Positions 19,901 through 28,905 of a stretch of 31,658 nt of DNA are shown here, piece after piece; positions within the stretch are counted from its first letter, which is position 1, and each line of letters opens with the position of its first letter. The stretch lies in the NCBI GenBank assembly GCA_040222015.1, contig JAVJWO010000061.1, positions 1 to 31,658 on the forward strand, read 5' to 3'. Origin of the DNA: Coleofasciculus chthonoplastes F2-STO-03 (GTDB lineage Bacteria; Cyanobacteriota; Cyanobacteriia; Cyanobacteriales; Coleofasciculaceae). The notes below the pieces were generated by a model. The model ran no database searches, had not been told where the DNA came from, and saw only the letters and a list, made by a program, of their open reading frames with translations. The position numbers were made by a program, and so were the translations under genes.

Positions 19901-22005
19901 ACCAAGCCGCCGAAAGGATATCAACCCGGAAGATTAATAGTCCCGTTGACTTTATCCTTGACCCAACCCGCCGTCCTAACGGGATCATGTTGATTAACGG
20001 TAGTACCTTGGCGCGGGGTAATGCGGGCAACGACTGGAAACAGGAAGAAAAGGGCTTGATTTTAGCCAGTAACTTGCCCGTTTACGTCAAAGCTAATGAA
20101 TTGGCGGTCAACGCTGATGCATTCGGCTTTAATTTGCATCGAATTAGCCGTACCACTACGACACAATTGGAGGAATTTAAGTACAAGCTATCTGATAGGA
20201 ACTGGAATGAGAATGATTTTTACATAAACCGGGAAGAAGACGGAGCGAATGGACGCGATCCCAACTTTGCTTGTCGCAAAGATCAGCCGGGACTTCCTGG
20301 TTGTGATCCGGGTGACTATTGGCGTCCAGCAACGGTGTTGGCAGATTCGGTGACTCTACTTTCTAATAATTTCCGCTTCGGTTTCCGGAATGAAGGAGAT
20401 TATGACCTGAGAAAGAATGTCGAGAATTTGGATAATGATCTGGTAACAAGTGGCTATGATTTTACTGGTGAGGGGACTCTCGACACAACCACCGTCAGTA
20501 TAAACGAACAGAACGTCGGACTCGATCTGGATGGGAATGGGACACCGGGAGAGAATGTAGCTGTTGATTTTCAAGAAAACCAAATACCAGTCACCCTAGC
20601 TCGCCGATTAAACGGCTTTTTTGACAACAACTATCTCACCAGTGCTGATTGGTTGCAACCTGGGCTTGCTGCCCCTGATGCCTACCCTAAAGACTTTGAC
20701 AGCACTATTGCTGGCAATCAAGGGAGTTCCTATGTAAACAACTTTGTGACTCCCATTCAGCGTCGAAGAAACTCAACCAACATCAACGCAAATTTCCCCG
20801 AATATGTGATGGAAATCTGCCTGGAACCACTGGTTTCCGATTGTACACCTGGTGATTGGGTAGTTGGTACTACTGCTGATTCTACTTTGAAAGCTAGGGA
20901 GATTGACACAGGAACTGATCTGGTCAGTAACCTACGAGCAGGGACTACAGCTAGATTCCCTGTTGATCCAGCTGATCGACGCTATCCCCGCCGGATCGCT
21001 TTCCTTCGTGATGCTCAAAATCGATTGGTACTCAATCCAAATAACAACACACCCGTTGTTCTGGGAATTGATGGAAGCAACGTAAATTATTATTCCTACA
21101 GTTCCAGCTTTAACGTAAACGGTCAAACAACGGTTGCTGGCGTTCCTCCCTCTGTACCTAATGCCTTGTGGTTTAGAACCACTACAACTTCTGCCGATCC
21201 AACGACAAATCCAAGTTACTACGGTCAAAATCCTTTATTCTACCAAACCCCACTTGCCGTAACAACTCCTGGAGTCGGCACGACTCAACAGCCCCTTTTA
21301 GTCCCAGTGCTGCAAATCCAGACCTTGGATGATGATGTCCCCACCGATAACAACCTTACGCCACTAGGTGACACGGAATGGATGCAGAAACCTCCTACGA
21401 ATACTGCGACTACCTTTAATCTGATCATAGTGGGCGGTGATACCCCCACCCGTGATAGTGGGTTCGCCGGCGCACCGGTGGCTGAATTCAATGGAGGTAT
21501 GCCGAACTTCCCCATTTTCTTAGAAAACTGGGATCGAGGTGGAGGAAGCAATGCGGTTACCACCAGCATCAATGGTTCCTTTATTCAGTTCAAGCGCTCT
21601 GCCTACGCCACTGCGCCATTCCTATCTGTTTTAACCCCCAATCTCATTGAAAGCAGCCCCAGTGATTTATTCAATTACACGATAGGCAAAGTAAGTGGAA
21701 CAAAAAGCCCATACAAAACTAGCAATAGTAGCGGCAGAACTGCATTCTACGGTGCTCCTGATCGTAAGTGGGGCTATGATGTAGGGCTACTCTCTCAGTT
21801 ACCTGACTTATTCTCCCAACAAATCACTAGCCCCTCGGGGGGTGAGCCCAACGAGTACTACAGAGAATTGAGTCGGGATGATGACTGGGTGCAAACTCTA
21901 TTATGTGCACAGGCGGCAGATCGAGATTCATGGGATGAGAGCGGAAGCGAATATGATTATGATACAAACGCCGTTGATGATGACCAACGCCGACATTGTA
22001 GTTAG
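16969..22005 (+). CDS. hpsA: Hormogonium polysaccharide biosynthesis protein HpsA (large protein with a PilX-like N-terminus)
   Basis: 1678 aa. G/FVLPTVVMVIIVV pilin-like helix, WRFPVDTDNNGKFDS, FIQFKRSAYAT, and C-terminal WGYDVGLL..PDLF. Precedes the pseudopilin genes. Confidence 0.88.
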   Translation: MSIPKKLINLLQRLCHQTAKLIRSTNKRVMSWLLRRLIMMRHQLRPANSGFVLPTVVMVIIVVTLLSTAIVFRSFDRAKNAQNVRVNERVLAAAGPAIDRAQAKIQALLADPTLPRGTPTDQALYQAMTGSLNQYTLGDETPLRLVQEFNGQPNIQESLTTELNNLESLDTAWRFPVDTDNNGKFDSYTLYGLYFRNPTPGTERDRSPLEARSTPMDNATAGNACGTGTSASLVGNTGWYKTSDGNLKKSFFVFAATVPIEEPPGNDYEKYKGNQGFAALEYQQDRARIPLTNNAVVYQDDLEITPGAGIFLNGRIMTNGNFFVGQRSNDVRFFQVSSINSCFYNEDNGKITVGGNLKVGSVNPTGASGAVTVDLFKVGAAPTNGMGNLSDTESSVSGTAPKTSYNSKAYAARIDDLVTKAVAQNKIPDEVTQKISLNPSLTQQEALQAYFEQRTRQVPFAEVPDTNPDPLTGAGLQGTVAANDIRPPDNWIYPANLTTGASNTGLTLNKAQPPATDPALRGADEDRLGDRIQVGNGLPAQWWDPDTQQFVDFYDQVPQPVDGSTSQSTTWTGSSDYRTRMTQVIPLSDLGDTERDGFWEQKAAEAPVQPLDGVGGLRVVTGAGIYVPDAIATPPTPASFLPRPSSPVADDLSTWQDESGFRVVLPDSMPMWDDTNNNGTPDATDERGDLLMRATAVYHYRDDDGDNQGDYQEPIACVSSYYDPSTPTTAINRVGLPNISLRNRPPEPPRPFPINNVVAGGLSNNGVSYPPPTTASSLSFGQSIPGYPGGGAGAGVFPTPNPPGTGSLGTQLAYQANLVFPNGRLVNQPLHDALVKKKNENANNTLTLAEQGAIDSAICALQIWDGTLTPSDAVIPHGTIYETTFLDAKQVKGIESESPASGPTADYDLALEERQPLEIRATVLDLDLLRRREITGTNTTVPAPEYLLPDSGIIYATRDDALPDLSTPTNATGQPNVNQAAERISTRKINSPVDFILDPTRRPNGIMLINGSTLARGNAGNDWKQEEKGLILASNLPVYVKANELAVNADAFGFNLHRISRTTTTQLEEFKYKLSDRNWNENDFYINREEDGANGRDPNFACRKDQPGLPGCDPGDYWRPATVLADSVTLLSNNFRFGFRNEGDYDLRKNVENLDNDLVTSGYDFTGEGTLDTTTVSINEQNVGLDLDGNGTPGENVAVDFQENQIPVTLARRLNGFFDNNYLTSADWLQPGLAAPDAYPKDFDSTIAGNQGSSYVNNFVTPIQRRRNSTNINANFPEYVMEICLEPLVSDCTPGDWVVGTTADSTLKAREIDTGTDLVSNLRAGTTARFPVDPADRRYPRRIAFLRDAQNRLVLNPNNNTPVVLGIDGSNVNYYSYSSSFNVNGQTTVAGVPPSVPNALWFRTTTTSADPTTNPSYYGQNPLFYQTPLAVTTPGVGTTQQPLLVPVLQIQTLDDDVPTDNNLTPLGDTEWMQKPPTNTATTFNLIIVGGDTPTRDSGFAGAPVAEFNGGMPNFPIFLENWDRGGGSNAVTTSINGSFIQFKRSAYATAPFLSVLTPNLIESSPSDLFNYTIGKVSGTKSPYKTSNSSGRTAFYGAPDRKWGYDVGLLSQLPDLFSQQITSPSGGEPNEYYRELSRDDDWVQTLLCAQAADRDSWDESGSEYDYDTNAVDDDQRRHCS

Positions 22006-22043
22006 TGACGACTAAAGCCCAAGACAGCGAAGTGGCAAAACCT

Positions 22044-22724
22044 ATGATTACCCGCAATTTGAAACAACACCCAACCCAATCGACTCAAGCTGGCTTCACG
22101 ATTATTGAATCGTTGATGGCGCTGATTGTGGCAAGTATCTTGTTAATCGCCCTGGCTCCCGTCATTGTCCTATCTGTGGGCGTGCGGGTGCAGGCGAAGC
22201 GGGTAGAACGGTCAGCAGAAGCCGCATCCAGTTATATTGATGGGGTACGATCTGGCTCCATCCCCCCTCCCCCTCAAACCGTAGGAACAGCGCCCACTAG
22301 CAGCGCCGGAGCAACCTCTGTTCTGGAAAGTGCTGCGGCGCCACCTGGGGGTTCTTTAACTTGCACGACTCCTACCAGTAACCCGAACTACCCGTACTGT
22401 ACAGCACCTGCACCAGCGACGGCGAGTATTTACTGCGTCAACCTGGATGAAACAGCAGGCTGTCAAGTGGGTAGTGCCAATGATTTAGTCGTTCAAGGGT
22501 TTCGCACGGCGGGAAATGCGGACAGAGGTTATCGTTTAGGCGTGCGTGTTTACCGAGCCAATGGATTTAGGGAGTCAGGAACCTTAGAAAAAGAAGCGAC
22601 TCAATCGGCGGCTTTGGGGAGTCTAGGTGATAGTAAAATACCTTTACTGCAAACGACAACAGATATTGCGCCGAGTGGTCGATTTGAAAACGATCTTTCA
22701 AGTTGGCAAGAGCGCCTACCGTAG
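22044..22724 (+). CDS. hpsB: Pseudopilin HpsB-like
   Basis: Prepilin site QAG/FTIIE with a hydrophobic helix, and Y.LGVRVYRA; directly follows hpsA. Alternative GTG start at 22005. Confidence 0.75.
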   Translation: MITRNLKQHPTQSTQAGFTIIESLMALIVASILLIALAPVIVLSVGVRVQAKRVERSAEAASSYIDGVRSGSIPPPPQTVGTAPTSSAGATSVLESAAAPPGGSLTCTTPTSNPNYPYCTAPAPATASIYCVNLDETAGCQVGSANDLVVQGFRTAGNADRGYRLGVRVYRANGFRESGTLEKEATQSAALGSLGDSKIPLLQTTTDIAPSGRFENDLSSWQERLP

Positions 22725-22785
22725 CCATCACCGTAAAGTGAGTGGCTGCTAACTATTGGTTCACGCAGAAGGGGGACAATCCCGT

Positions 22786-23826
22786 ATGATTAATCCACTG
22801 AAATTCCGGCTGATCAATCAGCTTCAACATCATAAACAGGGGCAAACCCCTAAAGGTTTTACCCTAATTGAATTGCTAGTCGCCATCATTCTAGCGGCGC
22901 TGGTGATCACGCCGTTGCTTGGCTTCATGATCAATATTTTAAGTACCGATCGCAAAGAACAGGCAAAAGCCACCTCGGAGCAAGAAATTAAAGCTGCTCT
23001 TGACTATATGGCTCAAGACTTGCAACAGGCAGTTTACATTTATAATGCCGACAGTTTAACTCGAACGTCAGCGCAAAACCCTCCTGGTATTAAAGATCAA
23101 TTACCCCCTGAGGTAACCACCGGAGTGAATGGTTGTAGTGTTAGTGGCTCCGATACCTGTGAACCTATTCTCGTCTTTTGGAAGCGAGAACTAGAGAAAA
23201 ATGCAATTCCGGTTACAGGTTGTACTGCTTCGCCTACCAAAGACTGTAAAGACGATACTTATGTTTATTCTCTAGTCGGTTATTACCTAATCTCAGGAAA
23301 CAACACAGGCAATACCTGGTCTGATGTAGCTCGGATTGCACGGTTTGAAATTAGCGATGGCGTCATCGACCCGGCTCAACCCACTCAAAACAATGAACCT
23401 AACTATATAACCAATCATTCCCCAGATGGAGGTTTTGCTCCCTTTAGTTTGAGCGGTTCAGGGGATCTTAACCTCAAAATGAACAGGTGGACAAAGAGTT
23501 CAACAAACTATAACGTAAGCTTTGGTAATACTGTACTTGCCGACTATATCGACAACACTTCAGTTGCTTTGTCAACAGCTTCATCTGCCATCAGTTGTGA
23601 TACAGCTAACGGTGAACAAATGGTGCCCAAACCCCCTACACCTCCTACCGCCAAGGGTTTTTACGCTTGCGTAAATTCCCAGGAAAATTATGCGCGACTT
23701 TATCTCAGAGGCAATGCCAAAGCTCGCCTACAAACCAATAATATCGCTTACAATGCCAACAACTCAACCTTTTTCCCCACAGCGACAATGCAGGTGGAAG
23801 GGCGAGGTACTTTGTTTACCCGATAA
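22786..23826 (+). CDS. hpsC: Pseudopilin HpsC-like (PilW/PulJ type)
   Basis: KG/FTLIELLV, ALDYMAQDLQQAVYIY, PILVFWK and LYLRGNA motifs; third gene of the cluster. Confidence 0.78.
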   Translation: MINPLKFRLINQLQHHKQGQTPKGFTLIELLVAIILAALVITPLLGFMINILSTDRKEQAKATSEQEIKAALDYMAQDLQQAVYIYNADSLTRTSAQNPPGIKDQLPPEVTTGVNGCSVSGSDTCEPILVFWKRELEKNAIPVTGCTASPTKDCKDDTYVYSLVGYYLISGNNTGNTWSDVARIARFEISDGVIDPAQPTQNNEPNYITNHSPDGGFAPFSLSGSGDLNLKMNRWTKSSTNYNVSFGNTVLADYIDNTSVALSTASSAISCDTANGEQMVPKPPTPPTAKGFYACVNSQENYARLYLRGNAKARLQTNNIAYNANNSTFFPTATMQVEGRGTLFTR

Positions 23827-23869
23827 GAACAGCGGTTAAGTCTAAGCGAATAAGGGGGACGTAACAATA

Positions 23870-24574
23870 ATGAATATCATCGATTTTATGAACCTATCAA
23901 ATTTATTAACGTTGCCAAAAGCAAGGAGGAGATGGCATCAATCTCAGTCACAGCGATTGCTCCCTCAATCTCAATCAGGATTCACCTTGATCGAGATGAT
24001 CGCCGTTGTGATCATTATCGGTGTATTAAGTGCGATTATCGCTCCCGGTTGGTTAGCCTTTGTCAACCGTCAACGGGTGGCGAAAATGAATGATGCGGTG
24101 TTTAGTGCGATACAGGAAGCACAACGGGAAGCGAAGCGGACAAAGCGTAGCTATAGCGTTAGTTTTAGAAAAGACAGCACCACGAATGCTCTGCAAAAGG
24201 TTGTTTATAGGACATTTGCAGATAATGGAACTACCCCCATCACCCCGACAAACAACGCTTGGAAATCGTTAAATGAAAGTTTAGATGTCAAACCGGATCA
24301 AGTCCTTCTTTGTTCTAACCTTAATATAGCATTTAATAAGAAAGCCAATTCCATAGACTGTGGTTTTACCACAGCTAAAACCATCACCTTTGACTATCAA
24401 GGAAATTTGGCAGAGCAAGCTAGTGGAGACCCGGCTCATACTAATTTAATGGTTACAGTGGGGATACCGCAATCCAATAATTCTAATCAGGTGATTGATT
24501 CAACGAAGCGATGTGTTACCGTACAAACGCTACTCGGCTCCATGCAACTTGGACAAGGAGATGAATGTCAGTAA
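23870..24574 (+). CDS. hpsD: Type IV pilin-like protein (FimT/GspH-like, at the HpsD position)
   Basis: SG/FTLIEMIAV, IAPGWLAF, ITFDYQG and RCVTVQTLLG motifs. The symbol is assigned by synteny. Confidence 0.6.
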   Translation: MNIIDFMNLSNLLTLPKARRRWHQSQSQRLLPQSQSGFTLIEMIAVVIIIGVLSAIIAPGWLAFVNRQRVAKMNDAVFSAIQEAQREAKRTKRSYSVSFRKDSTTNALQKVVYRTFADNGTTPITPTNNAWKSLNESLDVKPDQVLLCSNLNIAFNKKANSIDCGFTTAKTITFDYQGNLAEQASGDPAHTNLMVTVGIPQSNNSNQVIDSTKRCVTVQTLLGSMQLGQGDECQ

Positions 24575-25003
24575 TAAAATAGGACTTGTTGCCAAAAATG
24601 GAACTCCTCACAAATAGTAGAGGTAATACTGTTCGGTTAAGGAGAGCAGGAGAAGAAATTGAATTCAAGTATATCTAAGCCGTATGATGTCAATTAATAT
24701 TAACTTTAAAGACAGAACGCTTCATTAAGTTAACATTTTTGACATTCCTCTGTACAGAGAAAGAGGCTTGTCGCAAAATACCTAATGGGAGTTGTCAGAG
24801 AAGCATCCCATCTTTGGAGTGTTGTAGCCGATTATTGATCCGGTTAGTAGTAGGCACTTTAGTGCCTGAAAAGGCTTTATTTCCAAGCCCTAAAGTCCTG
24901 ACTACCAAAGAGCAAGATGCTCCCGTTGCGATGATTAACCTGCTTATCAGTTTTATACTGAATTGGGCTTGATTACCCTGGGAACCTGTCAAGGACAGGT
25001 TGA

Positions 25004-25257
25004 GTAAAGGGCGACCCGATCAAATTGAGTAGATACAGTTGTTGATTTGTGCAAGCGGGCATCCCCCTCACCCCCAGCCCCTCTCCCACCGAGGGAGAGG
25101 GGAGAAAGAAAGGAATCGGAAGTAATGGTTCCCCTTCTTTTACCCCCCTTTCAAAGCAGGGCTAGGGGGGATGGGGGCTAGGAGATGAGGGTGAAAAGCA
25201 AACCCCGTCTTGGTTTTCACCTTAAGTTGACACCAATGGCAAGCGGGTCGCCCCTAC
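25004..25257. mobile_element. GTAG REP-like palindrome interrupted by a 179-bp MITE-like insert
   Basis: Arms GGGCGACCCG (25009) and CGGGTCGCCC (25244). Direct repeat GCAAGCGGG at 25051-25059 and 25239-25247. The insert begins CAT and ends CTTAAGTTGACACCAATG. Confidence 0.6.
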
Positions 25258-25366
25258 ATCAGGACTAAAGGTGATAGGCTCCTATTACCCTTATGTTGCG
25301 CCTGATAAAAGTGGGTTGTTACATCGTAGCCTGGAAATCCCCACAGGTTAGTTCAATCAGGGTAAC

Positions 25367-25915
25367 TTGACGATGCGACAAAATAACTTAACTCCAAAAC
25401 CTGTACCTAGCGACACGGCTGGATTCACGTTACTGGAACTGATTGTAGTTGTTTTCATGATCGGGATATTAAGTGCGATCGCTGCCCCTGCTTGGCTACA
25501 CTTTACGAATATACAGCGCTTGAATACAGCGCAATATGAAGTTTACCAAGCGATGCAAGCGGCGAAACGTAACGCTAAGTTGAAGAAAGTGGATTGGCAA
25601 GCGAGTTTTCGGGAACAGGATGAGATTGTCCAGTGGGCGGTTCATCCCGAAACGGTGACGCCAGCGACAGCCCATTGGCAAAGTCTTGATCCCAATATTC
25701 GCTTAGATGACGAGACGACTATAACACCGAGTAATGGCGTGTACAAGGTTGAATTTGACTTCAAAGGCAATACTAAACCCCCCTTGAGACGGTTAACGCT
25801 AACCACGAAGCAGGGGGGTAACGCTAAACGTTGTGTTTTTGTTTCTACCATTTTGGGAACATTACGAATGGCGAAAGACAATCCGACACCCAAAGATGAT
25901 AAGTATTGTTATTAG
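25367..25915 (+). CDS. Type IV pilin-like protein (FimT/GspH-like)
   Basis: AG/FTLLELIVV, AIAAPAW, FDFKG and KRCVFVSTILG motifs; paralogue of 23870-24574. Alternative ATG at 25373. Confidence 0.85.
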   Translation: MTMRQNNLTPKPVPSDTAGFTLLELIVVVFMIGILSAIAAPAWLHFTNIQRLNTAQYEVYQAMQAAKRNAKLKKVDWQASFREQDEIVQWAVHPETVTPATAHWQSLDPNIRLDDETTITPSNGVYKVEFDFKGNTKPPLRRLTLTTKQGGNAKRCVFVSTILGTLRMAKDNPTPKDDKYCY

Positions 25916-25932
25916 TTCTTTGTCATTTGTCA

Positions 25933-25986
25933 GCCCTCACCCCCAGCCCCTCTCCCAAGCTTGGGAGAGGGGCTGGGGGTGAGGGC
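25933..25986. repeat. Perfect 54-bp palindrome
   Basis: GCCCTCACCCCCAGCCCCTCTCCCAAG|CTTGGGAGAGGGGCTGGGGGTGAGGGC. A related partial copy lies at about 25065-25104. Confidence 0.9.
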
Positions 25987-26139
25987 CGTGTAGAAACAGA
26001 CTGTGGCGCGTCTGAGAAGCCAGAGGGAAATAACCTTCAACGGTGGGGCTGTAGCCAGCCTATCAGGGCGCACGTCGGTTATGGATAAGGGTATGGATAA
26101 GGGCGCACGTCGGTGCGCCCCTACGAGTTTGGTATTTGT

Positions 26140-27468
26140 ATGGATATAAATTCTCTGCTGCAACCCTATCAACGTTTTGGTGTCCATCTGGGTTTAGAAC
26201 GCATCCAGGCACTTCTGGCGGCGTTGGGGAATCCCCATCAGCGTATGCCGATGATTCACGTAGCGGGAACCAATGGGAAGGGTTCGGTTTGCGCTTATCT
26301 TGCCTCGGTTCTCAGTGAAGCGGGGTATCAGGTGGGACGCTATACGTCTCCTCATTTAATCGATTGGACGGAACGGATCTGTATCAATCAATACCCGATT
26401 TCTACACCAGAACTGGTGAATGTTCTGGAACAGGTGCAAGGGGCGATTCCCCCAGATACGGAAGAGTCGCCGACGCAGTTTGAAGTGATTACGGCGGCGG
26501 CTTGGTTATATTTTGCCCAGAAACAGGTGGATATTGCGGTGATTGAGGTGGGGTTGGGGGGGCGTTTGGATGCGACGAATGTCTGTGATCAGCCTTTGGC
26601 TACGATTATTACCTCGATTAGTCGGGAACATTGGCAGGTTTTGGGTTCGACGCTGAGTCAAATTGCGACGGAGAAAGCGGGTATCCTCAAAACCAATTGT
26701 CCGGCGATTATTGCCCCTCTTCCCCCAGAAGCGCAAGCTGTTGTTCAATCTCGGATTGAGGAGTTAAATTGTCCGGTAACCTGGGTAGAACCAGCCCAGG
26801 AATTCAACAGGCAAACTGTAGTCAGGGCGGGTTTTGAACAAAGGTTATCATCAATCGCGACACCCAAGTCCCTAAACCCGCCCCTACATCAAAATGTAGA
26901 TGCGCCATTATGGGCAAGTTATGCGGGAATCACCTATCCATTGCCCTTGCTGGGGGAGATTCAGTTAACGAATTCTGCTGTGGCGATCGCGACGCTTCAA
27001 TCCCTGATTCGCCAAGGTTGGCATATCCCTGATTCTGCTATTGTTTCGGGGATGGCAAAGACGCAATGGTTGGGACGCTTACAATGGACTGAATGGAAGA
27101 ATTATCGCCTATTGGTGGATGGCGCTCATAATCCGGCGGCGGCGATAGGTTTGCGTCAATATGTGGATACACTGAATACGCCTGTAACCTGGGTAATGGG
27201 GATACTCTCCACTAAAGAGCATGAGGGGATTTTCAAAGCATTACTTCGAGGGGGCGATCGCGTTTACCTTGTCCCTGTGCCTGATCATAGTTCAGCCGAG
27301 CCGGAAGAATTGAGTGCGATCGCGCGATCGGTTTGTCCTCATCTTGCTGATTGTCATACTTATCCTAACTTAGAAGCTGGACTGCAAGCGGCGACAGCCA
27401 CGGCTGCTGATTCTACCATTATCCTGTGCGGTTCTCTTTATCTGGTGGGTTATTTCCTCGGTTCGTAG
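26140..27468 (+). CDS. folC: Bifunctional folylpolyglutamate synthase/dihydrofolate synthase
   Basis: HVAGTNGKGS, YTSPHL, EVGLGGRLDATN, EKAGI, DGAHN and CGSLYLVG motifs. ATG at 26140. Confidence 0.95.
   Translation: MDINSLLQPYQRFGVHLGLERIQALLAALGNPHQRMPMIHVAGTNGKGSVCAYLASVLSEAGYQVGRYTSPHLIDWTERICINQYPISTPELVNVLEQVQGAIPPDTEESPTQFEVITAAAWLYFAQKQVDIAVIEVGLGGRLDATNVCDQPLATIITSISREHWQVLGSTLSQIATEKAGILKTNCPAIIAPLPPEAQAVVQSRIEELNCPVTWVEPAQEFNRQTVVRAGFEQRLSSIATPKSLNPPLHQNVDAPLWASYAGITYPLPLLGEIQLTNSAVAIATLQSLIRQGWHIPDSAIVSGMAKTQWLGRLQWTEWKNYRLLVDGAHNPAAAIGLRQYVDTLNTPVTWVMGILSTKEHEGIFKALLRGGDRVYLVPVPDHSSAEPEELSAIARSVCPHLADCHTYPNLEAGLQAATATAADSTIILCGSLYLVGYFLGS
26818..26888. repeat. GTAG REP-like palindrome inside the folC reading frame
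   Basis: AGGGCGGGTTT ... CTAAACCCGCCCCTAC; same family as the copies at 309, 2146 and 6457. Confidence 0.8.
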
Positions 27469-27567
27469 TTGCGCTTGTTCGTAGTTGCGCTGTCGAAAGT
27501 CGGTATAATTTTGAGGTTAGTTCCTGCGTTGAAGTGATGAAGGGCTAAAGCCCTTACTACATACAAA

Positions 27568-28848
27568 CTACAAACTATCCCACATCTGGGCTGCATCAGC
27601 TACCGCTTGTTCTACCTCCTTTTCTCCTAACATTGCTGCCTGTAAGTTCTCGTAAATTGCGGCTTGTAACTTATTTAAATCCTTCATCGCGGGTACTAAT
27701 ACCTCCGCTTCTGTTAACTGATTGGCACTAATCGCCCGTGCTTGTTCTACGGGTGAAGCATTCGGATTACTTGACAATTGCGCTTGATACTGTTCCACTG
27801 CTGCAATGGTTGAGGGTAAAACATTTGCGGCTTGAGCAAAGGCTAACTGATTCTCGGTATTTGTCACAAATAGAGCAAAGTTTAAGGCATCCTCTGGGTT
27901 ATTTGTATCCCGTGGAATGACTAAATTCATTACCGCCACATTCTTTTTCCCGGTTTTTCCAGTAATTTGAGGGGATGTTGCCGATACTTTGGCAATGTCG
28001 GGGGCGTTAGTTTCAATAGTTTTTAAGAATTCCGCACCGGATGCTAGTAACGCTGTCTCTCCCCCTTGATATAATTCAATCGCATTCCGATGTCCTTGGG
28101 TGAGAACTTCTCGTGGTAAGAGTTCTTTTTGATACAAGTCTACCCAATACTTAAAAGCCGCCTTTCCTTCAGGCGTATTAAAGGCGGCTTTTCCTTCTGC
28201 ATCGACTAACTGCACGCCCATCTGCACAAACGATTCCAACACTTCACTGGAATCATCGGGGATAAAGGTGACAAAAAAGGCATATTTCCCGGTCTTATCT
28301 TTCACTTGTTGGGCAACCTCTGCCAGTTCAGCATAAGTTGTGGGCGGTTGACTAATTCCGGCTTGTTTGAGTAAGTCTTGATTGTAAATCGTCACCCGTG
28401 TGGTCAGATACCAGGGAATACCAAAACTTTGATTATCAATGGTACTCGCTTGCCAGATTTTGGGCAAATAGTGCTGCCGAATTTCATCGGGGATTGTTTC
28501 TTCTAACTCTAACCAAGCATTACGAGTGGCAAGCTGGGAGGCAAAGCTGGGATTTAAGTTAACCACATCGGGTGCTGTTTTTGCGGATACGGCGGTTAAG
28601 ATTTTACGCTCCATTTCTGCCCAAGGGACATCTACCCAGCGCACGTTTACTTCTGGGTTATCGGCTTCAAAATCTGCGATGACTTGGTTAAAATACTCGG
28701 TAAACTGAGGCTGAAGCTGCATCGTCCAGAACTCTATTTCTCCATCGGCTGAGGGTGCGGGGGCGGGGGTACAGCTTATTAGCCAACTCAACAGCCATCC
28801 CAACAGGGCAAATAGTCCAAATTGTTTCCAGGTTTTGATCTGAATCAT
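27568..28848 (-). CDS. Sugar ABC transporter substrate-binding lipoprotein (family 1)
   Basis: Signal peptide with lipobox LISC, plus IEFWT, APDVV, GIPWY, IYNQDLL and PPTTY.EL. No permease or ATPase gene is adjacent. Confidence 0.9.
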   Translation of the reverse strand: MIQIKTWKQFGLFALLGWLLSWLISCTPAPAPSADGEIEFWTMQLQPQFTEYFNQVIADFEADNPEVNVRWVDVPWAEMERKILTAVSAKTAPDVVNLNPSFASQLATRNAWLELEETIPDEIRQHYLPKIWQASTIDNQSFGIPWYLTTRVTIYNQDLLKQAGISQPPTTYAELAEVAQQVKDKTGKYAFFVTFIPDDSSEVLESFVQMGVQLVDAEGKAAFNTPEGKAAFKYWVDLYQKELLPREVLTQGHRNAIELYQGGETALLASGAEFLKTIETNAPDIAKVSATSPQITGKTGKKNVAVMNLVIPRDTNNPEDALNFALFVTNTENQLAFAQAANVLPSTIAAVEQYQAQLSSNPNASPVEQARAISANQLTEAEVLVPAMKDLNKLQAAIYENLQAAMLGEKEVEQAVADAAQMWDSL

Positions 28849-28905
28849 TGATAGTAATTGATTGTTAATGGTTGATTGTCCACCCTACTACTGGACATGA
28901 ATTTG

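Noticed and set aside
24739..24992. Overlapping 77-aa and 65-aa ORFs between the pilin genes
   Set aside because: No prepilin motif, ribosome-binding site or recognisable domain, and both use non-ATG starts.
25906..26187. Short ORFs with PSPSPKLGRG on both strands
   Set aside because: Artefacts of the 54-bp palindrome and neighbouring repeats.
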